DNA from: the human T2T-CHM13v2.0 reference genome, Homo sapiens
DNA: 64,000 bases
Direction: 5' to 3' (one strand)
NCBI RefSeq assembly: GCF_009914755.1
Contig: NC_060927.1
Shown here piece after piece: positions 26,921 through 45,300 of this stretch. How positions within the stretch are numbered: position 1 is the stretch's first letter; every line of letters begins with the position of its first letter. A model generated the notes under the pieces. That model ran no database searches. It had not been told where the DNA came from and saw only the letters and a program-made list of their open reading frames with translations. Position numbers and translations under genes: made by a program.

Positions 26921-27360
26921 ATATTAGGATACTGGTTAAGCTGCTTTAAACAGAGGTGATATACTAATTGTTTAAACTAAATAGAAGTTTATTTCTTTCT
27001 TATGTTAAAGCCTAGCAATAAGTGGCCCAGGCATAGTAGAGTGGTACTGTCATGCTTGAACACATAATTTCCTTTTTGGGGTCCAAGCAAACTATGCCTT
27101 TTAATATCACCTGCCAGACAGGGAGAAGAAAGAAAGGAATTAAGAAGCACATGCTCATTCCTTTTAAAGAAAGGACCTAATGATGGCTCAAAGCACTTCT
27201 GTTGCTTTCTAGTGATAATAACTTAATCAAATATCCATATCCAGATGCATGGGAGATTAAGAAATGAAGTGTTTAGTTTAAGCAACCATGTGGCAATTAC
27301 AAGTGTTATTATGGAAAAAAAGAAGACTGAATATTGATGGACTACAAGCAATCTGTCACA
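26921..27360 (-). mobile_element. Old MLT1 (J/K-like) LTR
   Basis: AAGCTGCTTTAAACA...ATAGAAGTTTATTTCTTTCTTATG and GATGCATGGGAGATTAAGAAATG...TCTGTCACA pattern. Confidence 0.55.
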
Positions 27361-27843
27361 AAGCTTTTCAGAAGGTGAGAAATGAGGCCAGCAAAATAAA
27401 GAATGGGAAATTTAACAGGGACATAGAAAAACCAGAAGTATGAATACCGCTAATTCTCAAATAATCAAAAAGGCATAAAATTTTTCAAAAACAGAGCAAG
27501 AAATCAAATGCTTGTTGTAGTCCCAAGTCCTAAAGTGAATTTCAAATGGTCTCAACTTTCTTTTGACTCTGAAAAATAGTAGAAGTACAATTTTGACCTG
27601 GCTGTCATAATCATGGCAAAAGCAATTAAAAATTTGAATTCAAAAGTTGCAAATATAGATCCAGTTTTCTAAAATTACTTTTCTCAAATTTTGATTTTAA
27701 ATGAGAATATTTCCTAAAGCTTATTTCATACTAAGCTTCAATCATAAAGCTTATGATTATAGGGTTTAATTTATTTTTAAAGTATGAGATAATTATGCAT
27801 TTAAACTTTATTTGTTTTTTAAGTGAATGCCTCATTTATTTTC

Positions 27844-29276
<1,433 letters not shown>

Positions 29277-29664
29277 TCAGTAAACTTAATTTAAATTAAT
29301 TAAAGTGAACTTGAAAATGAAAAGTTCAACTATTTTAAATTTTTTTGGAAGTAACATGATGCATTTTTAGAAATAAATATTAAATACAATGTTCACTTGC
29401 TTACATTTTAAGACTATACTTTTAGTTTTTATATAATATATATTTTGTAATATGCATTATATATGTATTATGTATATGTATATATATATAGAGAGAGACC
29501 TTATACATTTATTGCATCTCAAGTTCACCATCCATTGTTTGACTGTGTTTTCAAATGAGCAAGTGAAAGAATTAGTATAAGTTGATTAGAGAATGTATTT
29601 CTGTTTTACTCAAATAATCTAGTAATCTAGGGCATGGTAAAAAGAAACCTGAAGCCTGTATACA

Positions 29665-29720
29665 AATATGTCCCAGATATTTAACAAAATATAATATGTC
29701 CCAGATATTTAACAAAATAT
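29665..29720. repeat. Perfect 28-bp tandem duplication
   Basis: AATATGTCCCAGATATTTAACAAAATAT x2. Confidence 0.95.
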
Positions 29721-30779
29721 GCTTATATTGAAAATTTAAATTCAGTTTTCTTTTATAACTGTAAACCCATAAATACCTTAAAGTTTCACCATAGCTCCCG
29801 ACAAAGATGTGTGGAAACTTCACTGAAGGGCTCCCATTACTGTTTACAAGCTGTATAAGATGGGGCCCAAAGTCCAGAGACAATTACATAGCAAGAAACC
29901 AATTCCGCTTCTGCAGAGAGGTTGCTCTAGTTGACTACAGAATTATTACCCTAATTCTAGGTTTTTGTGTTTTTCCATCTTGGGAATCAAGCTTAGAATT
30001 AGGGAGAATGAAAAGAATTGCCTAATGCTGATAAACAGGGGGTTACATTGCTGATCTCAGTCCCTTTCCTCCGTAGAAAAAAGGGGAACTCAGGATTTCA
30101 ATGTGAATGAAGTTTGAGACTTAGTCCTTGCTTCATTGACCATCCAAACAAATCTAAAAAATACTAAACAGAATCCAAATGTGTGCTGTTGAAGAAGATT
30201 TGCTCTGCTTTTTTTTTCTGTTTGGTGGTTGTTTCAGTATGCCTGTCAGAATCATATTTATAGAAAGAGAGAGAGAAAGAGCAACTAAAGAAATGGTCTA
30301 GAGAACAGTGGTATCAGTAAAAGTGGTAGAACAGGATGATTTTCAGAGGGCAGCAAAAATTGTTATCTTTTGTATTCATCCCTTAATTATATTTTGCCAC
30401 TAAAGCTTGTGTTACAGAACACATGGAAAAATATTACCAATTGCATACATTTGTTGCCCTTGTTTATGAAAGCTCATCAGTGTTTTCAAACTGTGCATAA
30501 GTAAAAGCAAATTATTCAACCAAAATATGTCGGGAAACAGCGAGGATAAAAAGAACATAATTATGTTTTGTTTAATGTATTCTACAAGGTAAAGCCTAGT
30601 AATTTGTTTCACTACTTGTAATACATAGGGGCATTAATAATAGGTTTTCTTCAAGATATTTATCTGCCAATCTCCAACTCATTAACATCAGCTATTAATA
30701 TTTGATTTGAAAGCAAAAGCCTTAATTTGTAATATAATATAAACTTGACATTAGCCAATATTTATAGATTTTAAAAGTA

Positions 30780-31789
30780 CAGGCAGTCATCACTGTAAAC
30801 AGTAATGCAGTATCGTAAAAATGACTGTGTAAGTAAACAGTGCCAAGTGATCTTACTAAAACGTGGTAAACATTATAAATGAGACATGGCCCATGAAAAT
30901 ATTTGTCAAAATATTAAAACTCTCTTACTCTTATCTACAGATATAAAAAGAAATGGAAAAAAAAGTAAAGTTAATATTTATTTTATACTCTAATTTAAAA
31001 CATTAGAAACTTTAAGAATAAAAGTAGGTTTTTTCATAAAACATGTAAAGAATAGTGTAAACAGGGTTTGCCTTCTCATGGTATAACTGACAATATGGAG
31101 TATTTCTCTATGTTTTGGAAAATTGTTATACTCCTAAGTTTTGATCAACTTCCAACATTTTATCCTTTTCACTTTCAATGTCAGGAAATCTCTCCAAAGT
31201 TCCTTTAAAGTGAAGGTTTTTTGCCAGCATCAATTCTTCTGAGATATTTTCATCCTTTCACCGCAACCACCGTACTAATTTAGGTCAATACGTTTGCCTT
31301 GACTCAGCTCCTCCAGAGTCCCTTAAGCTATTTCTTCTAGAACTCAATTTACATAAGATTCTAATTCTATATCCAGCATGATCGCTTTTTGTTTCTTTGC
31401 TGCATTTTCATCTTTATTGGTCAATTCCCTCTTTTGACTATCTATCTTTGTAAAATAGCTCCTGAATTTATCAGGGGAGAGAAGGAGGCAATACAACGGC
31501 AGCATTGCTTTTTGAGTGTGAAGTGAATAACAAATGCATGGTGGCCAGTCACCAACAGATCTTGAAAGAAGTGACAAGATTCATCACTGATCATGATGTG
31601 TGTCTGTTTTTTACATAGCGATGTATGGACTGAAGAAGTAGCAAGTTTGTACATTATGCAATTTCTCAGTGTAAATATAAGGGGGTATTGAAATTTGAAC
31701 TGTGGTTGTAGAGGGCTAGGGTAAGTTAAATAAATCATGGTAAATAAAATCTGTTCATATCAGAACCATGCAAATAAAGGACTGTCTTG
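30780..31789 (-). mobile_element. TcMar-Tigger non-autonomous DNA transposon, ~1 kb, subfamily uncertain
   Basis: TA|CAGGCAGTC... and ...GGACTGTCTTG|TA degenerate TIRs with TA TSD; minus ORF SQKRELTNKDENAAKKQKAIMLD resembles the Tigger transposase N-terminus. Confidence 0.7.
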
Positions 31790-32587
31790 TATGTTGTAAC
31801 AAGAATTAGGCTAGATGTTAAATTTAGTTGGCAGTAAATGTTTTCTTCATTGACCAATCAGGTACCTCAGCATGGTTAACAAGGAAGGGTAACCTACTGA
31901 AGATTTAGCTTCTGCGATAGGCTTCATAAGAACCCCCAAAACACATACCAGCATCCAAACAAATATAGACAATAAATAAAAGTAGCATGCTTCATGTAAA
32001 CTGAGCTTCAAGACCAGTGTGCCACTTGTCCCAACCAGGTTGATACACATAAGCCTATTTTATACAGAAATTCTGAATTCCCCACTACTTTTTAAATGCT
32101 ATATTATATTAGATTTTGCCATCAGCAAGAGAGCCCAACACAGAAAAAAATAACTTTATAGAGACCAGCATTCAACTGGAAATTTGAGTTAATTAAATTC
32201 TCAATAAATATTAGCCAAACAGTGCTTCTACCTTCCCCCTACAAAACAGCTAGACTATGACTCTACCACTTCATGTCCATTAATATTGTCAATATCCATA
32301 ATTACTGATCATGACAAATGTCTATTCCATCATACCACCTTGCACTTTTAGTCCTATAGAAATCACACTCATTCCTCCTACACAAAAAGTCTTTCTTACC
32401 TAATACCTTTCCACTCTGTCATATGGGTTCTCTATTTTAAAATTCTAATGATTTTCTCAAATTTTATGTGAGAATTATGTTCACATTATATGCAACCACA
32501 CTTCATGTGCATTTCATTTCTCAATTCATTTTCCTTCCAAGGAGAAAAATATAAATGATTTGAGAGAACTTAAAATGTTCACATTAA

Positions 32588-35340
<2,753 letters not shown>

Positions 35341-35869
35341 GTACTTGAATAAAGCAATTCTTCAAACAAAGAAAACACTATCAAAATTAATTCAGTGTTG
35401 TATGTGTCTGATTGCACATTAAAAGCATGAGTAAAAGCCACCTAAAATATATATATATATGTATAATTGAATGTATATGCTGAATTTACAAAGGATAAGA
35501 GAATGTTCTTAAGAAGAAATAAAACTTTTAATGGGAGAAAAACAAGATATCCCCAAAACCTTGGATATCTTCAGTGTCCCTTTTTTCTTAAAAACAAGAT
35601 ACCAAAATTTTGTAGTGATGCTCTATGAGAAAAGAAAGCCCTAAAATACTTAATCTCAGTAGTTGGAATCTAATGCTAAATTCTTTTATCTGACATTACC
35701 AGAGTTCAAAGATTTTTGTAAATGTCAGCAATCAAATCTACAAAAGATATCTCTGAGGATAGGATTACGAAGCAAACACATTCTGAAGTCAACAGTTAAC
35801 ATCAAATTATATCTTTCTATACATTGGGAAAACATCAAGGAGATTAGAACTGAGAAAAAAAAAACTCTA

Positions 35870-37865
35870 AAAGTGTACCTCATTTTATTGCACTTCCCTT
35901 TATTGTCCTTTGCAGATATTGTGATTTTTACAAATGGAGGATTTGTGGCAACCCTGCATTGAGCAAGTATATCAGCGCCCTTTTTCCAACAGCATGTCCT
36001 CACTCATGTCTGTGTGTCACTTTGTGGTAATTCTCACAATATTTCTAAACATTTTCGTTATGATCACCATATATGTTATGGTGATATGTGATATGTGATC
36101 ATTGATGTTACTATTGTAATTGTTTTGGGGCACAATGTACTGTGCCTATATGAGACAGTAAACTTAATCTATAAATGTTGAATGTGTTCTGACTGCTGCA
36201 ATAACAGGCCATTCCGCTGTTTCTCCCTCTCCTCAGGCCTTCTTATTCCCAGAGATACGTTATTGAAATCAGGCCAATTACAACCTCACAGTGGCCAATA
36301 AGTGTTCAAGTAAATGGAAGAGTCACTCATCTCTCATTTAAAGCCCAAAGCTAGAAAGGTTTAACCTTACTGAGGCAGGCATTTCAAAAGCCGAGACAGG
36401 TTGAAAGTTAAGTCTTTCATGCCAAATAGTTAGCCAAGATGTGCATGCGAAGGAAAAGCTATTGAAGAAAATTAAAAGTGATACTCCAGTGAACACACAA
36501 TGATAAAAATGCAAACCAGCCTTATTGCTTACGTGAACTAAATTGGAGTGGTCTGGATAGAAGGCCAAATCAGCCACAACATCCCCATAAGCCAAAGCCT
36601 AATCCTGGATGAGGACCCAAGATGAGAGAGGTGAGGAAGATGCAGAAGAAATGTCTGAAGCTAGCAGAGGTTGGTTCCTGAGGTTTAAGGAGAGAGGTCG
36701 TCTCTATAACATAAAAGTGCAAGATGAAGCAGCAAGTGCTGATGTAGAAGCTGAAGCAAGTTGTACAGAGGATCAAGATAAGATCATTGATGATGGTGGC
36801 TACACTAAACAACAGTATAGACAAAACACAGCCTTATATTGGAAGAAGATGCCATTTGAGACTTTCACAGCTAGATATAAAAAATCATTGCCTGGCTTCA
36901 AGGCATCAAACTACAGACTGACTCTCTTGTTAGGGTCAAATGCAGTTAGTGACATTAAGTTGAAACCAATGCTCATTTACCATTCCAAAAATTTTAGGGT
37001 TCTTAAGTATTGTGTTAAATCTACTGTGCCTATGCTCCAGTGGCAAAACAAAGCATGGATGACAGCACATCTGTTTTAGTATGGTTTATTGAATATTTTA
37101 AGCCCACTGTTGAGAACTTCTCCTCAGAATATCACCCCTCACTGACAATACATCTGGTCACCCAGGAGCTCTGATGAAGATATGCAAGGAGAATAATGTT
37201 TTCATGGCTGCTAATGCAGTATTCATTTTACAGCTCAGAGTTAAAGGAGTATTTTAACTTTCAAGTCTTATTATTTAAGAAATACTTATGATAAGGCTAT
37301 AGCTGCCATGGATAGAGATTCCTCCAATGGATCTGGGCAAAATAAATTGAAAATCTTCTGTAAAAGATTTACCATTCTAGATAACATTAAGAACATTTGT
37401 GATTTTTGAAAGGAGGTCAAAATATCAACATTAACAGGAGTTTGAAAGAAGTTGATTCCAACTCTCGACCTTTGAGACTTTGAAGTGTTCAAGACTTCAG
37501 TGGAGGAAGTTGTGGAAATATCAAAATTAGAATTAGAAGTGGAGCCTGAAGATATGACTGAAGACTGCTGCTATCTCAGGATAAACCTTTAATGGATGAG
37601 GAATTGCTTCTTATGGATGGGCAAAGAAAGTGGTTTCTTGAGATGGAAAATACCCATGGTGCAGATACAGTGAACATCACTGAAATCATAAATAGGATTT
37701 AGAATATAACATGAACTTAGTTCAAAAAGCAGTGGCAGAGTTTGAAAGGATTGACTTCAATTTTGAAAGGAGTTCAACCCTGCATAAAATGCTATCCAAC
37801 GCATCACATGCTGCAGAGAAATATTTTGTGAAAGGACAATCAATGTGGCAAACTTTACTGTTGTT
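35870..37865 (+). mobile_element. Tigger1 DNA transposon, 3'-truncated with internal deletions
   Basis: Start TACCTCATTTTATTGCAC; ORF 36609-37079 ([13 protein letters not shown]...[12 protein letters not shown]...YWKKMP...[10 protein letters not shown]...[10 protein letters not shown]) is a pogo/CENP-B-type transposase. Confidence 0.93.
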
Positions 37866-39336
37866 ACCAGGTGTTTCCTTTACTAAAGGAGTTTAAACTA
37901 TTGTGTGAGCTTTATTTTAAGGTTTATGAGAGTTTCATCTGTGCTGAGATGGTCTTGTCTCCAGGAAAACCCCGGACCAAGTTGCATCATACTGCTAAGT
38001 GACACGTAGTGTCAGCCCTGCAAGATACTTGTGTGGGCCTTATGGCTATCATTAATCCTATAGCCATGTATGCCTCTTATAATATACTTAAAGATATGAA
38101 GTTGGGAGAGAAGCAACTAGGTAATAAAAGACAGGAATCAGAAAGTGAATCAGAGCATCACTTTCAAGATAAGATCAGAGTGAGAAATTATATCTCAGTT
38201 CACAATCAGATGGAAACAGGCAAAGTTTAGAACAACGTGATTCAACTGGAGTGAATAACTTTCAGTTCAAGTGCAAAACCATACAATCCTAGGACAAGAA
38301 AGCAAAGCATCTTGACCAAAGCTTAGGTACTGAGCAATTAGACCAAGCTACAATGTTAGAAGTCCTAGAGTTTGTATATTTCCATGGCAAGACTCTTCTG
38401 AAGGCTTAGGCTTTATACCATTTGGCTTACTCTCTCTTAAGTTAAAAACATATCATAAAATATGGCATATAAAAATAAAAGTATGCTATGGTTACTAACT
38501 ACTTTGGTAACACTTTGACCTAGAGAGGTGCAATATTTGATGTTCAAGGACAATGTTTCTATAGTTTGGAGATTCTGAAGTGGACATTTGGATCTAAAAA
38601 TTTTCTAAATTCTTGAGCATTAGGAATTTAACAAGGCCTAAATAGTTTATTCTATTGGCCATAGTGAGTTTACACTTCATGTAAGTGATACAGATGTTTG
38701 TCTTACCTTCACTCCTCTATTAAAAGACAATTATTGATGACCTACAACGTGACAAGAGCTTTATCTTCTATTTATTAGGAATGCAAGTATGAGTAAGAAA
38801 GAGTTCCTGGCTTTAAGAGCTTAGATTCTATGAAATCTTCAGAGATGGAGAAAGGTAGGAGCAGAAGATTCTACCATCAATTTTTTAGTGTACTGAGATA
38901 CAGGCTTAAGCATTTAATTGTCTTTCTATCATTGGTCAATGTGCCTAACCTTGTACCAGCAGATGTGTTTTGCAAATTATGTCAATCAGCATGTAAGAAT
39001 ACTAGGGATGGGGCTAATAGAAGATAATGGTCAAAATATTATAGATCAGACAAAATGTAGGTAGATATCTACATTCACCATGGCAGTAAATGGTAATGAT
39101 ATTGTGTAGTATCTGGGGTGATACATAACCTTGTATTTGTGTTTATTTTCTTTTTTATTTTGTACTTATTTATTATATATATTTGTGTACTTATATGTAT
39201 AAATGTTTTTATATTTGTGCGTATTATCTTTATATTTTTATAATGTGTTTTATTCATCTAATTTATATTTCTTATAATCAATTTGTGTAGTGGGTATAAG
39301 TTTTTCAATGTCATATAGAGCACAGGAATGGTCTCT

Positions 39337-39474
39337 ATTTTTTTTTAAATTATACTTTAAGTTCTAGGGTACATGTGCACAACGTGCAGGTTTTTTACAT
39401 ATGTATACATGTGCCATGTTGGTATGCTGCACCCATTAACTCGTCATTTACATTAGGTATATCTCCTAATGCTA
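39337..39474 (-). mobile_element. Very short L1PA 3' end (~135 bp) inserted in an L2 tail
   Basis: TTATACTTTAAGTTCTAGGGTACATGTGCACAACGTGCAGG...CCTAATGCTA; right flank GAACAGTGCCTGCAACATAATAGGTG...TATTTGTTGA is an L2 3' end. Confidence 0.88.
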
Positions 39475-39616
39475 GTTTTATCTTTTGCTGTCTATATTCC
39501 TATTGATAGAACAGTGCCTGCAACATAATAGGTGCGTAATAACTATTTGTTGACTCTTGTGTCATATGAAGGCAGAAGTAGGGCTCTATTATCAGATTAG
39601 TCTTAACCTCCCTGAC

Positions 39617-40407
39617 TACAATGGACTGAGTGTTTATGTCCCTTCAAAATTCATATGTTGATATCTTAACCCCCAAGGCAATGGTATCCAGAGATGCAAA
39701 CTTTGGAGGTATTCTTTTTCTAATTATGACAGAAATCTTTATTAAAATGTGTCTCTTGGTAATATGTTTAGCATTCAATATACACACATACATATGTACA
39801 CTCTTTGTCACACCTCATGGATTGCCACCATCAGTTTAACCAATAAATTAAAACTAAAAAGAGGGAGGGGAGGGGAGTGGGACTAACGGCAAACTTTTCA
39901 TGTTTTATCTGGTAATAAATTGTGGATTTCTCAGAATTTCCCTGGGGAAAACTTGTGGCTAGAGAATCTTTGAAATAAAATACATAAATCCCTACCCCTT
40001 GCAAAAAAAAAAAAAGATTCCAAAAGATGCAATTACAACAAGCGTGCTTCCCAGAACAGGAACATTCATTCCATTTCATACTCTGGCTTCTTCACCTTCT
40101 ACACCTTCACCTAGCTGCGGGGAGAGAGACTCATATGGGCACTTGGGCTCAGTGCATCCTGGGATCTGCCCTATGAATGGGATTTGTGCCATTATAAAAG
40201 AGATCCCAGAGAACTTGTTTTCCCCTTCCATGTGAAGACACAGGGAGACAGTGCCATCTGTGAGGAAATAGTCTCTCAACAAACTGAATCTACAAGCCTT
40301 TTGACCTTGCACTTCCCAGCTTCTAGAAGTTGGAGAAATAAATTTTCTGGTTTATAAGCTACCCACTTCATGGTATTTTGCTATACTAGCCTGAATGTAC
40401 TGAAACA
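39617..40407 (+). mobile_element. MLT1A-type LTR split by a ~450-bp insertion
   Basis: ATGGACTGAGTGTTTATGTCCCTTCAAAATTCATATGTTG...GGAGGT up to 39710; resumes GCCCTATGAATGGGATT...AATAAATTTTCTGGTTTATAAGCTACCC...GAAACA. Confidence 0.85.
39711..40160 (-). pseudogene. Probable 5'-truncated processed pseudogene (mRNA 3' end), parent gene not recognised
   Basis: Non-LTR sequence interrupting MLT1A. On minus: possible CDS tail and stop, ~350-nt UTR-like stretch, AATAAA (39743-39738) and an A-rich remnant ~17 nt later. Confidence 0.65.
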
Positions 40408-41899
40408 CTGGCAATGCTGTGTTCATTGAAATGGATCATTGAAGTATAAAATCAAAATTAATATCTGTGATTTAACACCACTTATTTTGTTGGCCCATGG
40501 AAAATTACATCTCTAGCAGCCTGTGGGCTAAAAGCATGAAAGGAAATACACCATTTTAGGTTAAGGTTAAAATCTCACCATGTCATTATTGCCTGGTAAT
40601 TAAGGTTACCTGTTAAAGTGTTTTCTGCAAGGAGGGACATGGGCATACAATTGACATGCATGAAATAACACTAAAACACACAGTCAAAAATTATTCAAGC
40701 ACATTCAAATCTTCTGATTAAATCAAAGATAATGTCAATGTGCTGTTATTATGCCTTTTACATGCCACTAATACCTACTAATCTGATTTAGTGAAAGACA
40801 AAGCAGGCTTTGTTATTGGCACCTTTGTTAGAAAACAGTATTTAGCTCAAATTTTAAAACCTTACCTTGTTTTAATTTATGCACAGTTATTGTCTATTTA
40901 TTGTGATAGTGTTCTTTAATGCAAAATTTTCAAAATAATATATATCTTAAAATTTTGATTTAATCAAAGCTGAACAGTCTTATAGGAAATGCCTGGACGT
41001 GTACAAAACTGTAAAAGTGGTATGAAAGAGAATAAAATTTGAGAAATTCCATTGAAAATCCAAGGAGACAAAGTTGTTCATTATTTGTCATGACATATAA
41101 TGCAGATATCAAACCTAGAGCTTGGCAAGACTCCCTTAGGATCAAGGGCTTATTCATAATAGTATATGAAGACCACAAAGAGAGATTATCCTAGAAGAAA
41201 TTTCTGTCCTCTTCCTCATCTTCACAGCTCCATACTGCTTATCCAAATAACAAATTCATTGTCTTCACGTTTTTTTTTTTTTTTTAAGATTTTCTAATCC
41301 TGATTGGCAGTCCAGTTTCACCTACCTGTCGCCTTTTTGCTTTCGGTTGTCACACTGGTTTTTAATCCTCTTTCAGTACTGACCCTGGGACCAGTAGACT
41401 CTAATTTGCTACTGAGCTTTAGCCTTACCGTAATTTGTCTATGTCTTCATTTTCCTTGGATTAATTTTCTCACAAGACTAACACAGGTCTGGTTTTTCCA
41501 GACATACCTCATTCTCCCCAGATGAGGCTCCTGACTCTACATCTGTGAAGTTGCAACCCAGGGGGACAATTCTAATTGTTGTATTCTAATATAATTCTAC
41601 TCTAAAATGAATTTACCCTGACAGTAATAGAGTATTATTGAAAAAGGAATTGTTCAAAGCCATGTACCTAATTATATTCCATAATTTCATATTCCTTTTC
41701 TATAAGAGAGCTCACAAAATTATATAACTTTGGGCCCCATAGTATGAGGTCAAAGCCAGCTTCAACTATAACAATAATCAAGTCATAGCAAGAAAATAAC
41801 GAAATGTTTGTAAATAAATCGTAGGTACAATTATAGCTTGAGCACTGAGGATTTAAACCATCTGCTCTTTCAAATAGTTATTTTCTAAATAAAATAATT

Positions 41900-42337
41900 T
41901 TATTTCATTGCCTTCATTAACATAACTTTACTATTCTGAAAACCTCTTGCCCAAGCAAACAAACTTGTAATTTATTTTAAAAACTTCATGAAAGACACAG
42001 ATGCATCACCTCTTCAGTATAAAGCATCAACAGTTTACATCCTAAGAGTCTTTGATCCCCTAGCCCCAAAGCCTTGCTTTGCTGTTTCTAACAGTCCCCA
42101 AGTGCTCCATCATGATTATTACCCAACTCTAATTGATCTTCCTCACTTCCAACAATGAAATACCCACATTATATCAAACTGCCACTTCTCAATAAAAACA
42201 AATCCTGCCCATCCCCTAGGAGACACTTCCAAAGTTCTGTTGTGGTGGTCTTCTCTCTTACTGTGATAAATAATAAACTCAAATCTGTCTTATGGACAGA
42301 TTATGTTAGTGATATATTGGGAGCCAGAATTCAACAC
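41900..42337 (+). mobile_element. Possible old ERV LTR
   Basis: LTR-like 3' architecture (CTCTCTTACTG...AATAAACTC...CA end); family not recognised. Confidence 0.35.
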
Positions 42338-45300
42338 TTTACAAGACCTTTTATGTATTCATATACCTTCAAGGAATTATTTTAGCAGAAAAATAATCTA
42401 TAGCCATGCCCAGTGGTTAAGAGGATATAACTTGCTAGTATATGAACAGATGAGACCAACCAGCTGATATCCATGGTTTCCTTCATTAATTTTTTCACCT
42501 TCTTTGGAAAGATAAAAATCAGAATTTTAATGTTTCAACACTGAGTCTGAATCTTCCTCAATTTTTCATTTCTTCTGAATATATGCAGACTTTTAAAAAG
42601 TAGTGCCTTGTTGTTTATTATGGGGAAAAAATAGAACAGACCAAATTTTTGGAACTGATTAAATGTGATATAATGTAAGAGTCTCTTTGCTTCCTTCAAA
42701 TTTCAATGGTAAGAATATTAAACCACTAAGTTTTAATTTCAGAGATAAGAAAAACAGAGACTCAAGTAAAGAATGCCCTGGTCCCCATTTTCAATGTATT
42801 CAATCCAGTTCATAAATATTTGGAGCACTTCTCCTTGTTTCCCTATCAAATGCAATGCTGGAACAAGAAGCAAGAGGAACAGCGACTCAAGCCTGCATTA
42901 AAAGGAAAGAAGACAGTATGATGATACTAAAAAAATAATTATTGACTATTTTTAAATATGTACCCATCTTCATTGCCACAGAGGCAAAGCAGACTGCCTC
43001 TACACCTTTTCATCCCTGCAGCCACAATATCCTGCTTTTTCTTTCTCCAGTCTTGTTAGTTCTGATATTCATTCAAAATGATTACATTCATGAAACAAAG
43101 TGTGTGATAATAAACTGAGGAGATAAAAAAGAGGATGAATGAAAATCAAGAACTCACAGAATAGGGACCCTGCATTCCTCTGTAATAGCCAGTGATCGTA
43201 GTAAGTTTGGTAAGAACACATATCTGTGGCGTTTGCTTTCAAGATTAGATGTAATGTATTGCCTGACAGGTAGAAAGACAAAGATAATGGGTAAGGATTA
43301 ATTTGTTGGGGGAAAAATGAGGGATATGAAGGTCTTCAGGTCAGGTCAAGAAACCTATCCTCAATCTTTTATCAGCAGCTGTTTTTGACATAACCATTTA
43401 ATTTTGACCCTTCCTAAAAAGAGAAATATAATCTTTGTTTAAAGAAACTGTTGCTATCAAAATTCCAAAATAAAACAAAACCAAAAATAAAACAGATTTA
43501 TATTGCCAAATAAGGAAAAAGTATAGAGAAAAATGATTTTTCTAGATTATTTTCAAAGGAAGTGAGAAGGTATTCACTCTCATATTAGTATTCTGATATT
43601 AAACAGTTAAAAATAATTACCGTGAAACACCAACTGAAAGTGGCATAAATAGAAACCTTATAGTCTGCTAATACATTAATATTTTCATAATTCTAAAACC
43701 TAAACTCTTTATCTATTTATGCTATCTTAGTTGTCTGATTAAGATTGTAAATTCTAAGAAGTCAAGATCTTTGATTTTGAGTCCCTTAAATTTTCAGTCT
43801 GTTCAAAGCATATTATAATTTCGAAAACCTGTGACAGTTGTGTGAGTTAACAAATTCATTCTCAGTTAAAGATATCCATGCCCAAATTTGCACTTAGAGA
43901 AAGTTGTGTCCCACAAATACAGTGTCTTTACCTCTATATGTGCTTCATGTTGAGTTAGACATTTAAAGTTCCAAATTTACTTCTTTACCTCATTTTATTG
44001 CCAAAATTAAGAGACATTTATTAGTATGATTGCCAGTCCAACATAAGGAAAAAACGTTTTTTAGAGCAAGTGGATTTCTTGGAGTGATCTATAAGTCATA
44101 TTCCAAATGCTTAAAACTCTTTCCCCACTTACACAGAGCATCATTGCATGGCATTGTCACCCTGCTATTTACCCTACTAAGGAAAAAAACCCCTGGTTTA
44201 CGGTGACAAAATAGACACTTGTTAGCTATCCCAACAAAAGGTGAAATCATGAAATAATTGTTTTCTAAGACTGTTTTTCCTCATAGTGTTTATCTCCAAG
44301 AACTCTGTCTACTATCAACCTCTTCCTTCTTCTGGAAGATTGGCCCACAGATGATTTCATCACTGCTCCACTCTTGGCTTGTTAACAAGTAGAGGATAAA
44401 ATATAACTCATTTGGAAAATCATCTGGGTGGTAGACTTTCTATTTGCAAAGAAATTGTTGGCGCTACCAGTGTCTGAGACTATAGACTTGGGTTTCAACT
44501 TACAATTAGAGAGTGATTTATCTCCTGATTCTACTATAGAGGCCAGATTTCAGACCACAGAAAGCCGTGCAACGGTGCTGAAAAAGGAAGAACTCCATAG
44601 GACTGGTCTGCAGAGGCCAAAAAAAAAACATGATATATTTATTGACATGTAAAGTTATTTTTGCTGAAGCAAGATCTTTTCCATTAAAAAAATAACAATT
44701 CTCTCTTTTTTAAGTGACAAGTTTAGAATCCATACTTTGATTTTAGGAAATCCATGAAAGGGGAAAAAATGTCCCTATGTCCTGGAGCAGAGGCAAGGAG
44801 TCAAATAAAAAATAACACTCTAGGGAAAACATAAATGTTTTCATTTACATAAATCAATATCATTCTATCAGTGTCTCATTTGGAAAGGATCAACTGCAGG
44901 AGGACTCTTGCTAAATGTCAGTGGAGTCACTTAGGATAAAATTTTTAACCTGGATTTTCTGCCAAACCTCCACACTATGCATACAAGGAACAAATCCTGA
45001 CACACCGATTTGTCCAGCCACAACACAAATGGAACAATGTGCACACTGGAAAGGGGCTAAAGTTATTAGTCCACCACTGATATATACAAGACCCTGGAAT
45101 GACTTCAACACTGCCCCTCCGACCACCGCCTCTTGTTAAAAGTAGTTGAATGTTCCCCAGAGGGACATGGCTTGGTGAGCAGTGGGGATAGATGTCAGCC
45201 TTTGCTAGTTCCCTCAGCAAGGTTCCTTTGTGCTATGAACAAACTGCACAACCATATGTGATAGCCTTGGGCTCCACCAACAGCTTGTACACCACCTGTG

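Noticed and set aside
36609-37079. 156-aa ORF as a domesticated TIGD/CENP-B-like gene
   Set aside because: It is a fragment of a decayed Tigger1 with deletions and stops on both sides, and the element's 3' end is missing.
39054-39075. Short palindromes (AATGTAG...CTACATT; also AAGATATCC...GGATATCTT at ~35544)
   Set aside because: Arms of 7-9 bp are within chance expectation for AT-rich DNA.
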